Shown here piece after piece: positions 10,543 to 19,139 of a stretch of DNA of 64,000 bases. The translations under genes and the position numbers were made by a program. Below the pieces are notes generated by a model that did no database searches, had not been told where the DNA came from, and was given only the letters and a program-made list of their open reading frames with translations. The stretch lies in NCBI GenBank assembly GCA_035530295.1, contig DATKVB010000003.1:85110-149109 (forward strand), read 5' to 3'. Each line of letters opens with the position of its first letter. Within the stretch, counting starts at the first letter, position 1. Origin of the DNA: a bacterium. GTDB taxonomy: Bacteria > Spirochaetota > Spirochaetia > Treponematales > UBA12059.

Positions 10543-11348
10543 ATTGGTCCGACGGAGTCTTCCTTAGGGCTGTTATCAGGGCCAGTCATTTCGACAAGCT
10601 CATCCCAGTAGCGCTTGGGCATGCGCGAAGCCTGCAACCGGGGGTTCCGCCGCGCTTCTATCGCTATTGATTGATGATAGGTGCGCCACAGGTCACTGAT
10701 ATGATGCTCTTCCTCCGACAGGGGCAAGCCATCGGCGCCAGTGCCCGAGTCAAGATCGAATTCGCTCATGATGCTCCAGCCCTGACCCGGTTCGTGCATA
10801 ATAGCGGATCCTCGTCCCAGATCGTGAATAGCGAAACGCATAGGTTCGAAGCGGGTCGCGAAGTGCTCGGCAACCAGAATCAGCACATCGCAGGCTGGCG
10901 AGATGGGGGCATACCAGGAGCTGTCGGCCAGTTCGGAAAACCGTATGAGTCCGCACATTCTATGCGCTTCCTCGCGTGCCCGCAGAGCCGCCTTTTCGGT
11001 TATAAGCATAGAAGCTTCAGACAAGTCGTGCAGGACAGAAGGCCCTTCGAGCCACAATCGCCGCATTACGGCAGCGACGGCGGAATCCGCTCCCGCAATA
11101 TCTGACAGGAATGCCTCGAGGAGCAACAACAGAATCGCCGGTCCGAAGCGTCTGCTCATGCGCTTCCACAGCCGCATCGCCCGGTCATCATCGCGCACAG
11201 TCGCGCATCTCGCCTCGAAAAGGCTTTCTGGCACATCGGCGCGCAATATCCTGGGAACCGGCTCGCGCGTATTGAGCATATCCGCGCATGCACACAGGAA
11301 TCCAGGAATACTTCCGTCGTGCGCTATTGTCGCTTCGCCATCAATCAT
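10521..11348 (-). CDS. DUF4130-type probable DNA metabolism protein (partner of the radical-SAM protein)
   Basis: About 275 aa. Its ATG at 11348 overlaps the stop of the upstream radical-SAM gene by 8 nt. The call rests mainly on the conserved radical-SAM/DUF4130 gene pairing remembered from TIGRFAM descriptions (TIGR03916/TIGR03915). No uracil-DNA-glycosylase domain is visible. Confidence 0.55.
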   Translation of the reverse strand: MIDGEATIAHDGSIPGFLCACADMLNTREPVPRILRADVPESLFEARCATVRDDDRAMRLWKRMSRRFGPAILLLLLEAFLSDIAGADSAVAAVMRRLWLEGPSVLHDLSEASMLITEKAALRAREEAHRMCGLIRFSELADSSWYAPISPACDVLILVAEHFATRFEPMRFAIHDLGRGSAIMHEPGQGWSIMSEFDLDSGTGADGLPLSEEEHHISDLWRTYHQSIAIEARRNPRLQASRMPKRYWDELVEMTGPDNSPKEDSVGPIYLSPRR

Positions 11349-12765
11349 GCTCAGCGTCCCAGTTGAATTCCAGTTGACGCGGCGCCAACAGAGTCGCGGC
11401 GCCGTCGATGAGCGCGGCGCGAGCCCATGACGCATCAGGCGCCGATGGCCTCGACCAGGCAGGCAGGCGTGGTGATATGCCAGAACATGTCACAAAGAAA
11501 GACGCGCGCTTCATCACTACCCCGAGTCGCCCCAGCGATTCTGCCGTGAGTCTGGCCTGCGTCCTTGCCCTGACTATGCGCGAAGCTGACCGTGGACCTA
11601 TGCCGGGAACCCGGAGCAGCTGGATATAATCTGCAGTATTGACCTCTATCGGAAACAGATCGAGATTCCTGAGCGCCCAAGAACTTTTTGGATCCAGGTC
11701 GGTGTCCAGGAATGGATGCGCTGCATCGAGAATTTCATCAGCACGGAATCCATAGAAACGGAACAGCCAGTCCGCCTGATACAGTCGATGTTCACGGATC
11801 AGCGGCGGTCCAGGTAGAGCCGGCACCCGAGGATCCTGGCCTGCCGGTACGAAGGCCGAGTAGTACACCCGCCGAACATCATAGGCCAGGTACAGGTTCT
11901 CGGCGAGAGTCAGTATGGTCGCATCGCTTTCTGGACTCGCCCCGACAACAAGTTGGGTCGTCTGCCCAGCTGGCAGGACGGCGGAGGAGGGGTTGCGGTA
12001 CCTGTCGGCGCGGGCAGCCATAACCGACGGACGGGCAATTTCGGCCTCGTTGCCGGACACCATCGGTCGTGATACTGGAGCTTCGGCACCGCGGGTCGCG
12101 GGCAGGGTCAAGGGGACTTGATCCGCTGGCGAACTCATTGTCGGGGCTATCGCCATTCGCCGCGGTTCAAAGCCGCTGGCTCTGGCCAGCGTGCGCATGA
12201 CTCCGAATATTGCGGCTGGCTTCTTGTCAGGCGCCACTCGTTCGAGACTGGCGGCCGTTGGCAACTCGATATTGACGGAGACACGGTCCGCCCAACGTGC
12301 TGCCTCGCATACCAGTTCTGATGAGGCACCGGGTATTGCCTTCAGGTGAAGGTAGCCATTCCATCGTTCGCGCGTTCGAAGTGTCTTGGCAACTCCTATC
12401 ATGCGTTCCATCGTGGCATCCGGGCAGCCGACGACGCCGGAGGACAGAAAGAGTCCTTCTATGTAATTGCGTTTATAAAAATCAATAACCAGTCGGACGA
12501 GCTCGTCGGGTTCGAAGCCGGTTCTTGCAATATCGTTGGATCGTCTATTGATGCAATAGGCGCAGTCGTAGGCGCACGCGTTGGAAAGCAGAACCTTGAG
12601 CAACGATACGCAGCGGCCGTCTGCTGCCCACGAATGGCATATTCCACCTACCGCCCCATTTCCGATGCCGCCAGCGATTGTGGGGCGTGCGCTTCCTGAG
12701 GACGAGCACGAGGCGTCGTATTTGGCGGCAGCAGACAGGATCCGAAGCTTATGAATCGCATCCAT
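11341..12765 (-). CDS. putative DNA modification/repair radical SAM protein
   Basis: N-terminal AKYDASCSSSG, radical-SAM cluster motif NACAYDCAYCINR (CX3CX2C), and a C-terminal helix-hairpin-helix LLRVPGIGPRSASRIVRAR. ATG 12765 is preceded by GGGAGGA. The ORF-track 50-aa extension is rejected. Confidence 0.75.
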   Translation of the reverse strand: MDAIHKLRILSAAAKYDASCSSSGSARPTIAGGIGNGAVGGICHSWAADGRCVSLLKVLLSNACAYDCAYCINRRSNDIARTGFEPDELVRLVIDFYKRNYIEGLFLSSGVVGCPDATMERMIGVAKTLRTRERWNGYLHLKAIPGASSELVCEAARWADRVSVNIELPTAASLERVAPDKKPAAIFGVMRTLARASGFEPRRMAIAPTMSSPADQVPLTLPATRGAEAPVSRPMVSGNEAEIARPSVMAARADRYRNPSSAVLPAGQTTQLVVGASPESDATILTLAENLYLAYDVRRVYYSAFVPAGQDPRVPALPGPPLIREHRLYQADWLFRFYGFRADEILDAAHPFLDTDLDPKSSWALRNLDLFPIEVNTADYIQLLRVPGIGPRSASRIVRARTQARLTAESLGRLGVVMKRASFFVTCSGISPRLPAWSRPSAPDASWARAALIDGAATLLAPRQLEFNWDAEHD

Positions 12766-13006
12766 GCCATCCTCCCGATTGGATATACTATACATCTGTA
12801 TAGTACGATAGATCAAGAAGTCGCCACGCTGATCATGCGTGAGGGTTGACGAGCCTCGAATATTTCTGTTACGATAAGAAGTAACAATTCTGATGGAGGA
12901 TAGCCATGCAATCATTATCGATCATGGATTCGCCGCAAGGTTCGTGTTGTAGTACCTGCGGCATACTGGATTCATCATCTTCAATCGTAGCCTTTTCAGT
13001 TTCTTC

Positions 13007-13027
13007 CCGCCTCCGCCTCCGCCTCCG
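13007..13027. repeat. hexanucleotide microsatellite (CCGCCT) x 3.5
   Basis: ccgcct ccgcct ccgcct ccg read directly in the long argG upstream region. Confidence 0.9.
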
Positions 13028-13250
13028 TCGTCGCTAAAAACCACTCACACTAAACCAGCCCTTCGATTTTGACGGCATCGGCAACGATTGCCTCAATTCA
13101 GCATCCCCATATTCGCAGACTCGCGTAATTGCACACTTGCGTATATGAACATCTGTACGGGATGCAGAGTTGTCACCAATTGAGGCACATTCAAGGGGCA
13201 CATGGATCTTGAAGGATTCCAATATGTCATTTTGTTATAAGGAGATTATC

Positions 13251-14522
13251 ATGAAGAAGAAGATAGCACTGGCGTACTCAGGCGGGCTCGATACAACGGT
13301 CATCATTCCCTGGCTCAAGGAAAATTACGATTGCGATGTGATCGCGGTCTGCGGCAATGTTGGCCAGGCAAGCGACTGGGCAGGCATGGAGAAGAAGGCG
13401 CTGGCTTCGGGTGCCTCGAAGCTGATCGTCTGCGATCTAAGGAAGCAGTTTGTCGAGGAGACGCTATGGGCCCTGGTAAAGGCCGGAGCGTTCTATGAAA
13501 ATCGCTACCTTCTGGGAACCGCCGCGGCGAGGCCGCTGATAGCCAAGTCCCTGACAGAGACAGCTCTTGCGGAAGGTTGCTCAGCCATAGCGCATGGATG
13601 CACCGGCAAGGGTAACGACCAGGTCCGCTTCGAGATGGGCATCAAGGCTTTTGGACCAGACCTGGAGATACTGGCTCCATGGCGGATATGGGACATGGCC
13701 AGCCGTGAGGATGAGATAGCCTACCTTGAGGCGCATGGGATTCCTGTTCCTTTCAAGTCGGGCGACTCGTACAGTCGCGATGACAATCTGTGGCATGTCA
13801 GCCATGAAGGCCTTGATCTTGAGGACCCGATGAACGAACCGAAGCTCGCCGGCATGTTGAAGATGTGTGTGCCACCTGAACAGGCACCTGATGAATCTCT
13901 ATACATCGAGCTTGCATTTGACAAAGGCGTTCCTGTCGCGCTCGATGGAGAGGTTCTTGATGGCGTAACGATGGTCAAAAGGCTGAATGAGATTGGCGGC
14001 GCGCGTGGCATTGGAATTCTCGATATGGTTGAAAACCGTGTTGTCGGAATGAAGAGCCGCGGCGTGTATGAGACACCGGCGGGCACAATAATCATGGAGG
14101 CGCACCAGAAACTGGAGCAACTGTGTCTTGATAGAAAGACTTTGTCATTCAAGTCGACAGTCGCCCAGCGCTTCGCGGAACTTCTCTATGAAGGTGAGTG
14201 GTATTCGCCGCTTATGGAAGCCCTCAACGCGTTCGTCGATTCTACTCAGGCTGTTGTGACAGGTACCGTCAAGCTCAAGCTCTGGAAGGGCAGCCTGACA
14301 TGCGCGGGCATGAACTCTCCGTATTCATTGTACGACAACTCGTTGGCGAGCTTCGCTACCGGGCCGCTCTTCGATCATCGCGACGCGACGGGTTTCATCA
14401 ACCTGTATTCGCTGCCGGTCAAGGCGAGGGGGCTTATGCAAGCCAGGCTTGCTTCATCGAAGCAGGCACATGGTTCCGGGGGTTCAGGGCTCTCTGTAGC
14501 CAAAATCGCGGCGGCGTATTAA
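13251..14522 (+). CDS. argG: argininosuccinate synthase
   Basis: MKKKIALAYSGGLDTTV N-type ATP-PPase motif. AAGGAG sits 7 nt upstream of ATG 13251. The ORF-track N-terminal extension is rejected. Confidence 0.95.
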   Translation: MKKKIALAYSGGLDTTVIIPWLKENYDCDVIAVCGNVGQASDWAGMEKKALASGASKLIVCDLRKQFVEETLWALVKAGAFYENRYLLGTAAARPLIAKSLTETALAEGCSAIAHGCTGKGNDQVRFEMGIKAFGPDLEILAPWRIWDMASREDEIAYLEAHGIPVPFKSGDSYSRDDNLWHVSHEGLDLEDPMNEPKLAGMLKMCVPPEQAPDESLYIELAFDKGVPVALDGEVLDGVTMVKRLNEIGGARGIGILDMVENRVVGMKSRGVYETPAGTIIMEAHQKLEQLCLDRKTLSFKSTVAQRFAELLYEGEWYSPLMEALNAFVDSTQAVVTGTVKLKLWKGSLTCAGMNSPYSLYDNSLASFATGPLFDHRDATGFINLYSLPVKARGLMQARLASSKQAHGSGGSGLSVAKIAAAY

Positions 14523-14523
14523 G

Positions 14524-15927
14524 ATGCCAGGCGTGTTAAAACTCTGGGAGACAACACCGTCAGGGCTCGATCCACGGGTGGATTCGTTCCTGTCATCAAA
14601 TGCCGTTGACTCGCGACTGCTCGAGGTGGACCTGCAGGGCTCTGCCGCCCACGCTGCTATGCTTGGCGAGCAAGGCATACTGTCACAATCGAAGTCGAAC
14701 GCATTGGCCCAGGCTCTGGCTGCCATGCTCGCTGAGGCGCAATCCGGGACGCTGAAGCCAAACCCCGAGGCTGAAGATGTGCACTCGTACATCGAACAGG
14801 AGCTTACACGCCGCCTCGGGGACGCGGGTAAGTCAGTTCATGCGGGCCGGAGTCGCAACGACCAGGTAGCGCTCGACATGAAGCTGTACTTACGCCAGGC
14901 ATTCCGGGAGGCGCAAGGCGGGATTCTCGACGCAATAGGCGCGCTCTGCGATCTGGCCGAGGCGCATGTAGAGACATACATGCCCGCGTATACACATATG
15001 CGGCGTGCCCAACCATCAACACTGGCATTCCATGTGCTGGCTTGGTGCGCCGCGCTAGAGCGCGACTATGGCCGGTTCGCGGATGCCGCCGAGCGAGCCG
15101 ACGAGTGTCCTCTCGGATCAGCGGCCGTCGCTGGGTCGGGCCTGCCGCTCGACAGGGAAGCGGTATCCGCTGCGCTTGGATTCTCCAGACCGACAAGAAA
15201 CGCCATGGATTCCACGGCGGATCGCGACGCATGCGTGGAATACGCCGCAGCCGCTTCAACACTGTCAATGCACCTGTCACGCTTTTGTGAAGAGATCATC
15301 CTGTGGTCGAGCGCCGAATTCGGTTTCATGGACATATCCAATGAATGCTCAACCGGTTCGAGTATCATGCCGCAGAAGCGCAACCCTGATGTCGCTGAAT
15401 TGATACGCGGCAAGACAGGCCGGGTATTCGGGTCGCTGGTATCACTGCTGACGATACAGAAGGGATTGCCGCTTGGCTATGACCGCGATCTGCAGGAGGA
15501 CAAGGCTGCGGTGTTTGATGTGCGGGATACCCTGGCAGGTGTGTTGCCTGCATTTGCTGCACTGATCGAGGCACTCAGGCCCAAGCCCGACGCCATGGCG
15601 GCTGCTCTGCAGACGGGATATGCCGAGGCGACCGATCTTGCCGAGTTGCTCGTTACCAAAGGGGTACCATTCAGGGATGCGTATGCCGCTACCAAGGCGG
15701 CGATTGCCATCGCAACTGAAAAGAACATGCCGCTCTTCGCTTTGACAGACGCCGATCTTGTTCGTGCGACCGATGCCTTTTCTCGGACAAGGATAAAGGC
15801 GGCGGACCTGCAGGATTATCTGAGGCCGGCCGCGTGCGTTGCCAGGCGTAATCTCGTCGGAGGACCCGCGCCTGAACGCGTGCATGAGGAACTCGCTCGT
15901 CTGCGGAATTTTGTTGATGCCAGGTAG
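14524..15927 (+). CDS. argH: argininosuccinate lyase
   Basis: Fumarate-lyase signature GSSIMPQKRNPD. Starts 1 nt after the argG stop. Confidence 0.95.
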   Translation: MPGVLKLWETTPSGLDPRVDSFLSSNAVDSRLLEVDLQGSAAHAAMLGEQGILSQSKSNALAQALAAMLAEAQSGTLKPNPEAEDVHSYIEQELTRRLGDAGKSVHAGRSRNDQVALDMKLYLRQAFREAQGGILDAIGALCDLAEAHVETYMPAYTHMRRAQPSTLAFHVLAWCAALERDYGRFADAAERADECPLGSAAVAGSGLPLDREAVSAALGFSRPTRNAMDSTADRDACVEYAAAASTLSMHLSRFCEEIILWSSAEFGFMDISNECSTGSSIMPQKRNPDVAELIRGKTGRVFGSLVSLLTIQKGLPLGYDRDLQEDKAAVFDVRDTLAGVLPAFAALIEALRPKPDAMAAALQTGYAEATDLAELLVTKGVPFRDAYAATKAAIAIATEKNMPLFALTDADLVRATDAFSRTRIKAADLQDYLRPAACVARRNLVGGPAPERVHEELARLRNFVDAR

Positions 15928-15943
15928 AGGGGAGCGGTAGTCC

Positions 15944-16858
15944 ATGCGCTTCCTGAAGCCACTCATGCATGCTACTGGATTTGTGCTGGTGATCATCGCG
16001 ATGGCGCTATGCCCGATTCTATTCGTTGTTAAAGATGGGCATGTGGTGATCAATGCAGCGATTGCGCTCGGTTTCGTTGCAGACTGGTTCTCAGGGTTGG
16101 CTGATGGAAGCTCATGGATCTTCTCAAGCGGATCCACAACATGGAATTTTGCAGACGTTGTGCCGAAATTTGCCTTCGTGACCCTGTCATACCTGGCGAT
16201 TCCCGGGATACTGGGGCTCGTCGGCGGATTTGCATTTGGTCTGACACGTGATCCGCTAAGGAGCCGGCACCGGCATCGGTTTACTGATACTGCACTGAAC
16301 GCGTTGTTCGCGCTGCCGGATTTTGTGCTCGCGGTATTGCTGCAATTGCTGGTCATAGTCGTACTAGATATCACCGGGCACAAGCTCTTCACTATTTCAT
16401 ACGATACGAGTCACGGAATCCTCTTGGCTCTGCCGCTTGTCGTCATGACGCTCTATCCGCTCATCTATTCGTACCGCATGGTGCTGCGTTCGGCCAGGCA
16501 CACCAGCGGGGCATCATTCATGGTCGATGCCGAGGCCCGTGGCGTTTCGAAGGCGAGCCTCAGATACAAACACATGGGTGTTGCCGTACTTGCGTCGATG
16601 AAGACGGAACTACCTTCAATCGTCGCCATCATGATGACTTCGATCTTCGTGGTCGAGTACTCATTCTCGTTGCCAGGCATGACTCGATGGCTATTTACGG
16701 TGGCATTCTCGGGCAGCAGGCGGGGATGGTACGATAACTATCAGTTTGCGCTCGCACTCAATATCCTCCTCTGCATGGCGGCGGCGTACTTTATAACGAT
16801 GCTGGTATTACGATTGACACTCGCATCGCTGAAGGCGGCTGTGGTTCATGCGCTATAA
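15944..16858 (+). CDS. divergent ABC transporter permease (DppB/OppB-like)
   Basis: 304 aa, polytopic. The region SFMVDAEARGVSKASLRYKHMGVAVLASMKTELPSIVAIMMTSIFVVEYSFSLPGMTRWLF parallels the conserved DppB loop (..ARAKGLS....KHALRN....FSWPGLGRL). Confidence 0.6.
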   Translation: MRFLKPLMHATGFVLVIIAMALCPILFVVKDGHVVINAAIALGFVADWFSGLADGSSWIFSSGSTTWNFADVVPKFAFVTLSYLAIPGILGLVGGFAFGLTRDPLRSRHRHRFTDTALNALFALPDFVLAVLLQLLVIVVLDITGHKLFTISYDTSHGILLALPLVVMTLYPLIYSYRMVLRSARHTSGASFMVDAEARGVSKASLRYKHMGVAVLASMKTELPSIVAIMMTSIFVVEYSFSLPGMTRWLFTVAFSGSRRGWYDNYQFALALNILLCMAAAYFITMLVLRLTLASLKAAVVHAL

Positions 16859-17750
16859 GTTGCTGATAGGTGGAGTGTGCCTCATTGCCCTTGGATTCAT
16901 AGCGGTGTTTCCGGGACTGTTCTCAAAATATCCCCGAGGTTACCAGGATATACTGCGATCTATAGAATCCAGCGATGGTACGGTTGCATGGCGATTTGCT
17001 CCGGAGGCTCCTTCTGATACATACCATTTTGGCAGCGACAACTATGGCTACGACATCCAGACACGAATACTCTGGGGGCTCCGCTGGACACTTGCATGCG
17101 TCATCATTGTCGCGCTGTCGCGGACACTGATTGGCGGTGCGGCCGGTGTCTTGCGTGTCCTTGTCTTTGGTGTCCACGGGTCCATCCGCACGGTCTCACC
17201 GATGGCAGTCATTCCCAGTTTTGTATTTGTCTTTTTTCTATTATACCCTATGACGATCAATTCACCGCTGGGAAGCCTGCGACTCCTTCTCTTTCAGTGT
17301 GCAGTCATGACTATCTTCGATTTGGGAGGCATCATATCGTCGATTTCTCTCAAGACCGAGGCGCTGATGAAGACATCGTTTTTCGAGGGCGCTGTCTCTT
17401 GCGGAGCGAACAGACTATGGCTTGCCAAGTACCATATTGTTCCATTCCTGGCCACCGACCTCATAGAGGCGTTCGCGACGCAGACTGTCGCTGTACTGCA
17501 ACTCGTTGGTCGGCTCGGAGTCTTCAGTCTCTTTGTTGGCGGGACCATCATGACGCTCGACCCGGTGATGCTGTCGTCAGCGAGCGGGGAGGTAGCCGGA
17601 CTCATAGGGCAGTACCGGGGCCGCCTTCAGGGCGCCCAATGGATGCTGCTCTATCCGCTTGGTACATATCTGGTAATTCTGGGTTCGCTACGGCTTTTTG
17701 TTTCCGGTCTGCATGATCAATTCAAGAAACTCGACCGCACATACTATTGA
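16848..17750 (+). CDS. divergent ABC transporter permease (DppC/OppC-like)
   Basis: 300 aa, overlapping the previous gene by 11 nt. HFGSDNYGYDIQTRILWGLRWTL resembles the DppC N-terminal H(L/F)GTDxLGRD motif. EGAVSCGANRLWLAKYHIVPFL resembles the EAAxxLGAS...I..HILPN loop. Confidence 0.6.
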   Translation: MRYKLLIGGVCLIALGFIAVFPGLFSKYPRGYQDILRSIESSDGTVAWRFAPEAPSDTYHFGSDNYGYDIQTRILWGLRWTLACVIIVALSRTLIGGAAGVLRVLVFGVHGSIRTVSPMAVIPSFVFVFFLLYPMTINSPLGSLRLLLFQCAVMTIFDLGGIISSISLKTEALMKTSFFEGAVSCGANRLWLAKYHIVPFLATDLIEAFATQTVAVLQLVGRLGVFSLFVGGTIMTLDPVMLSSASGEVAGLIGQYRGRLQGAQWMLLYPLGTYLVILGSLRLFVSGLHDQFKKLDRTYY

Positions 17751-17807
17751 AGAGTGCGGGCATCGGAATGGATGCGTCGCCGCATCAATGCATGCACGGT
17801 GCGATAG

Positions 17808-17850
17808 GTGCTGGGAGGGCCGACGTCGGCCTTCCCAGCACTCTTTTGCT
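17808..17850 (+). terminator. rho-independent terminator of the argGH-permease unit
   Basis: 16-bp GC-rich stem gtgctgggagggccga / tcggccttcccagcac (one G:U pair) followed by tcttttgctttg. Lies between convergent genes. Confidence 0.6.
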
Positions 17851-17871
17851 TTGATGCGGTCAAGTGAATTC

Positions 17872-19068
17872 TTACAGTATCTCTCGCTTGGTGGCGCGCT
17901 CGAGTAATGCCTTGAGTGCAGCACTCGGGTCCTTGCGCTTGCCCAGCAGAATCATCGCGGCGATGATGTACGGCTTGTAGCTGGCTTCGGCGTAGGTGTC
18001 ATCGCGGTAGCGGTCGAACACGCTGGCGGCGACTTCGCCGGCCTTGCACGACACATCGGTGATGTCGGCTGGCAGACAGTGCATGTACAGCGCCTTGCCC
18101 TTGCTGGTCACCTTCATCTTCTGCTCGGTGCACTCCCAATCCTTGAAGTTGGCGTTGTTTGCAAGGCAAGCCTTTTCCAGATCCTTGAGGCCGGACTGGT
18201 CGCCGCTGTGCAGGAGCGGCACGCGTTTCTGCATCACATCGTATGGCGCCCAGCTCTTGGGATAGACGATGTCGGCATCCTTGAAGGCCTCTTCCATCGA
18301 GTTGACATGCTTGAACGATCCGCCGGATTCCTTGGCCTGCTTCTTCGACAGCGCGACGACATCAGGAATAAGATCGTAGCCTTCGGGATGAGCCAGCGTC
18401 ACATCCATGCCAAAGCGGCTGGCCAGGCCGATGATGCCCTGGGGCACAGACAGCGGTTTGCCGTACGATGGCGAGTATGCCCAGGTCATGGCGATCTTCT
18501 TGCCCTTGAGTTTGTCCAGCCCGCCAAAGTGGTGCGCCAGGTGCAATATGTCGGCCATCGATTGGGTCGGATGGTCGATATCGCTCTGCAGGTTGACAAT
18601 GGTCGGCCTGTCTGGCAATACGCCTGCCTTGACGCCGTCATCGAGTGCCTGCGCCACTTCGCGCTGGTACTTATCGCCTTCGCCAAGGTACATGTCGTCA
18701 CGGATGCCGATGGCTTCGGACAGGAAGCTTATCATGTTTGCGGTTTCGCGGACCGTCTCGCCATGGGCAATCTGGCTCTTGCCTTCATCAAGGTCCTGCA
18801 CATACAGGCCCAGGAGGTCGGCCGCGCTGGCGTATGAGAAGCGCGTGCGGGTGGAGTTGTCCCTGAAGTTTGAAACGGCGATGCCGGAATCCCAGATACG
18901 GGGGCTGACATTGGACTTTCGCATCTCGCGCAGTATGTCTGCGACCAGGAATGTCGCTTCGAGTTCGTCACGGCTCTTCTCCCAGGTCAGGAGAAAGTCA
19001 TTATGAAACATGTTGATCTTCTTCTTGGACAGCTGATCGATCAGCGCCTTGATTTCGTTAACGCCCAT
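17872..19068 (-). CDS. ygeW: YgeW-type knotted carbamoyltransferase
   Basis: Near-collinear with the remembered E. coli YgeW: FRDNSTRTRFSYASA, GKSQIAHGETVRETANMISF, KIAMTWAYSPSYGKPLSVPQGIIGL, MHCLPAD. GGAGG lies 8 nt upstream of ATG 19068; the alternative ATG is 19083. Confidence 0.9.
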   Translation of the reverse strand: MGVNEIKALIDQLSKKKINMFHNDFLLTWEKSRDELEATFLVADILREMRKSNVSPRIWDSGIAVSNFRDNSTRTRFSYASAADLLGLYVQDLDEGKSQIAHGETVRETANMISFLSEAIGIRDDMYLGEGDKYQREVAQALDDGVKAGVLPDRPTIVNLQSDIDHPTQSMADILHLAHHFGGLDKLKGKKIAMTWAYSPSYGKPLSVPQGIIGLASRFGMDVTLAHPEGYDLIPDVVALSKKQAKESGGSFKHVNSMEEAFKDADIVYPKSWAPYDVMQKRVPLLHSGDQSGLKDLEKACLANNANFKDWECTEQKMKVTSKGKALYMHCLPADITDVSCKAGEVAASVFDRYRDDTYAEASYKPYIIAAMILLGKRKDPSAALKALLERATKREIL

Positions 19069-19139
19069 ATTCGTAACCTCCATGCAATTTCATCGCGGCC
19101 CTGACCGGGCCGTTTTGGCTCGTACCATATAGAAAGAAA

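Noticed and set aside
19096-19116. Hairpin CGGCCC-tgacc-GGGCCG plus TTTT as a terminator between xdhD and ygeW
   Set aside because: The T-run follows the hairpin only on the plus strand, and both flanking genes are on the minus strand. It therefore cannot act as the intrinsic terminator separating xdhD from ygeW. It is kept only as a structural note.
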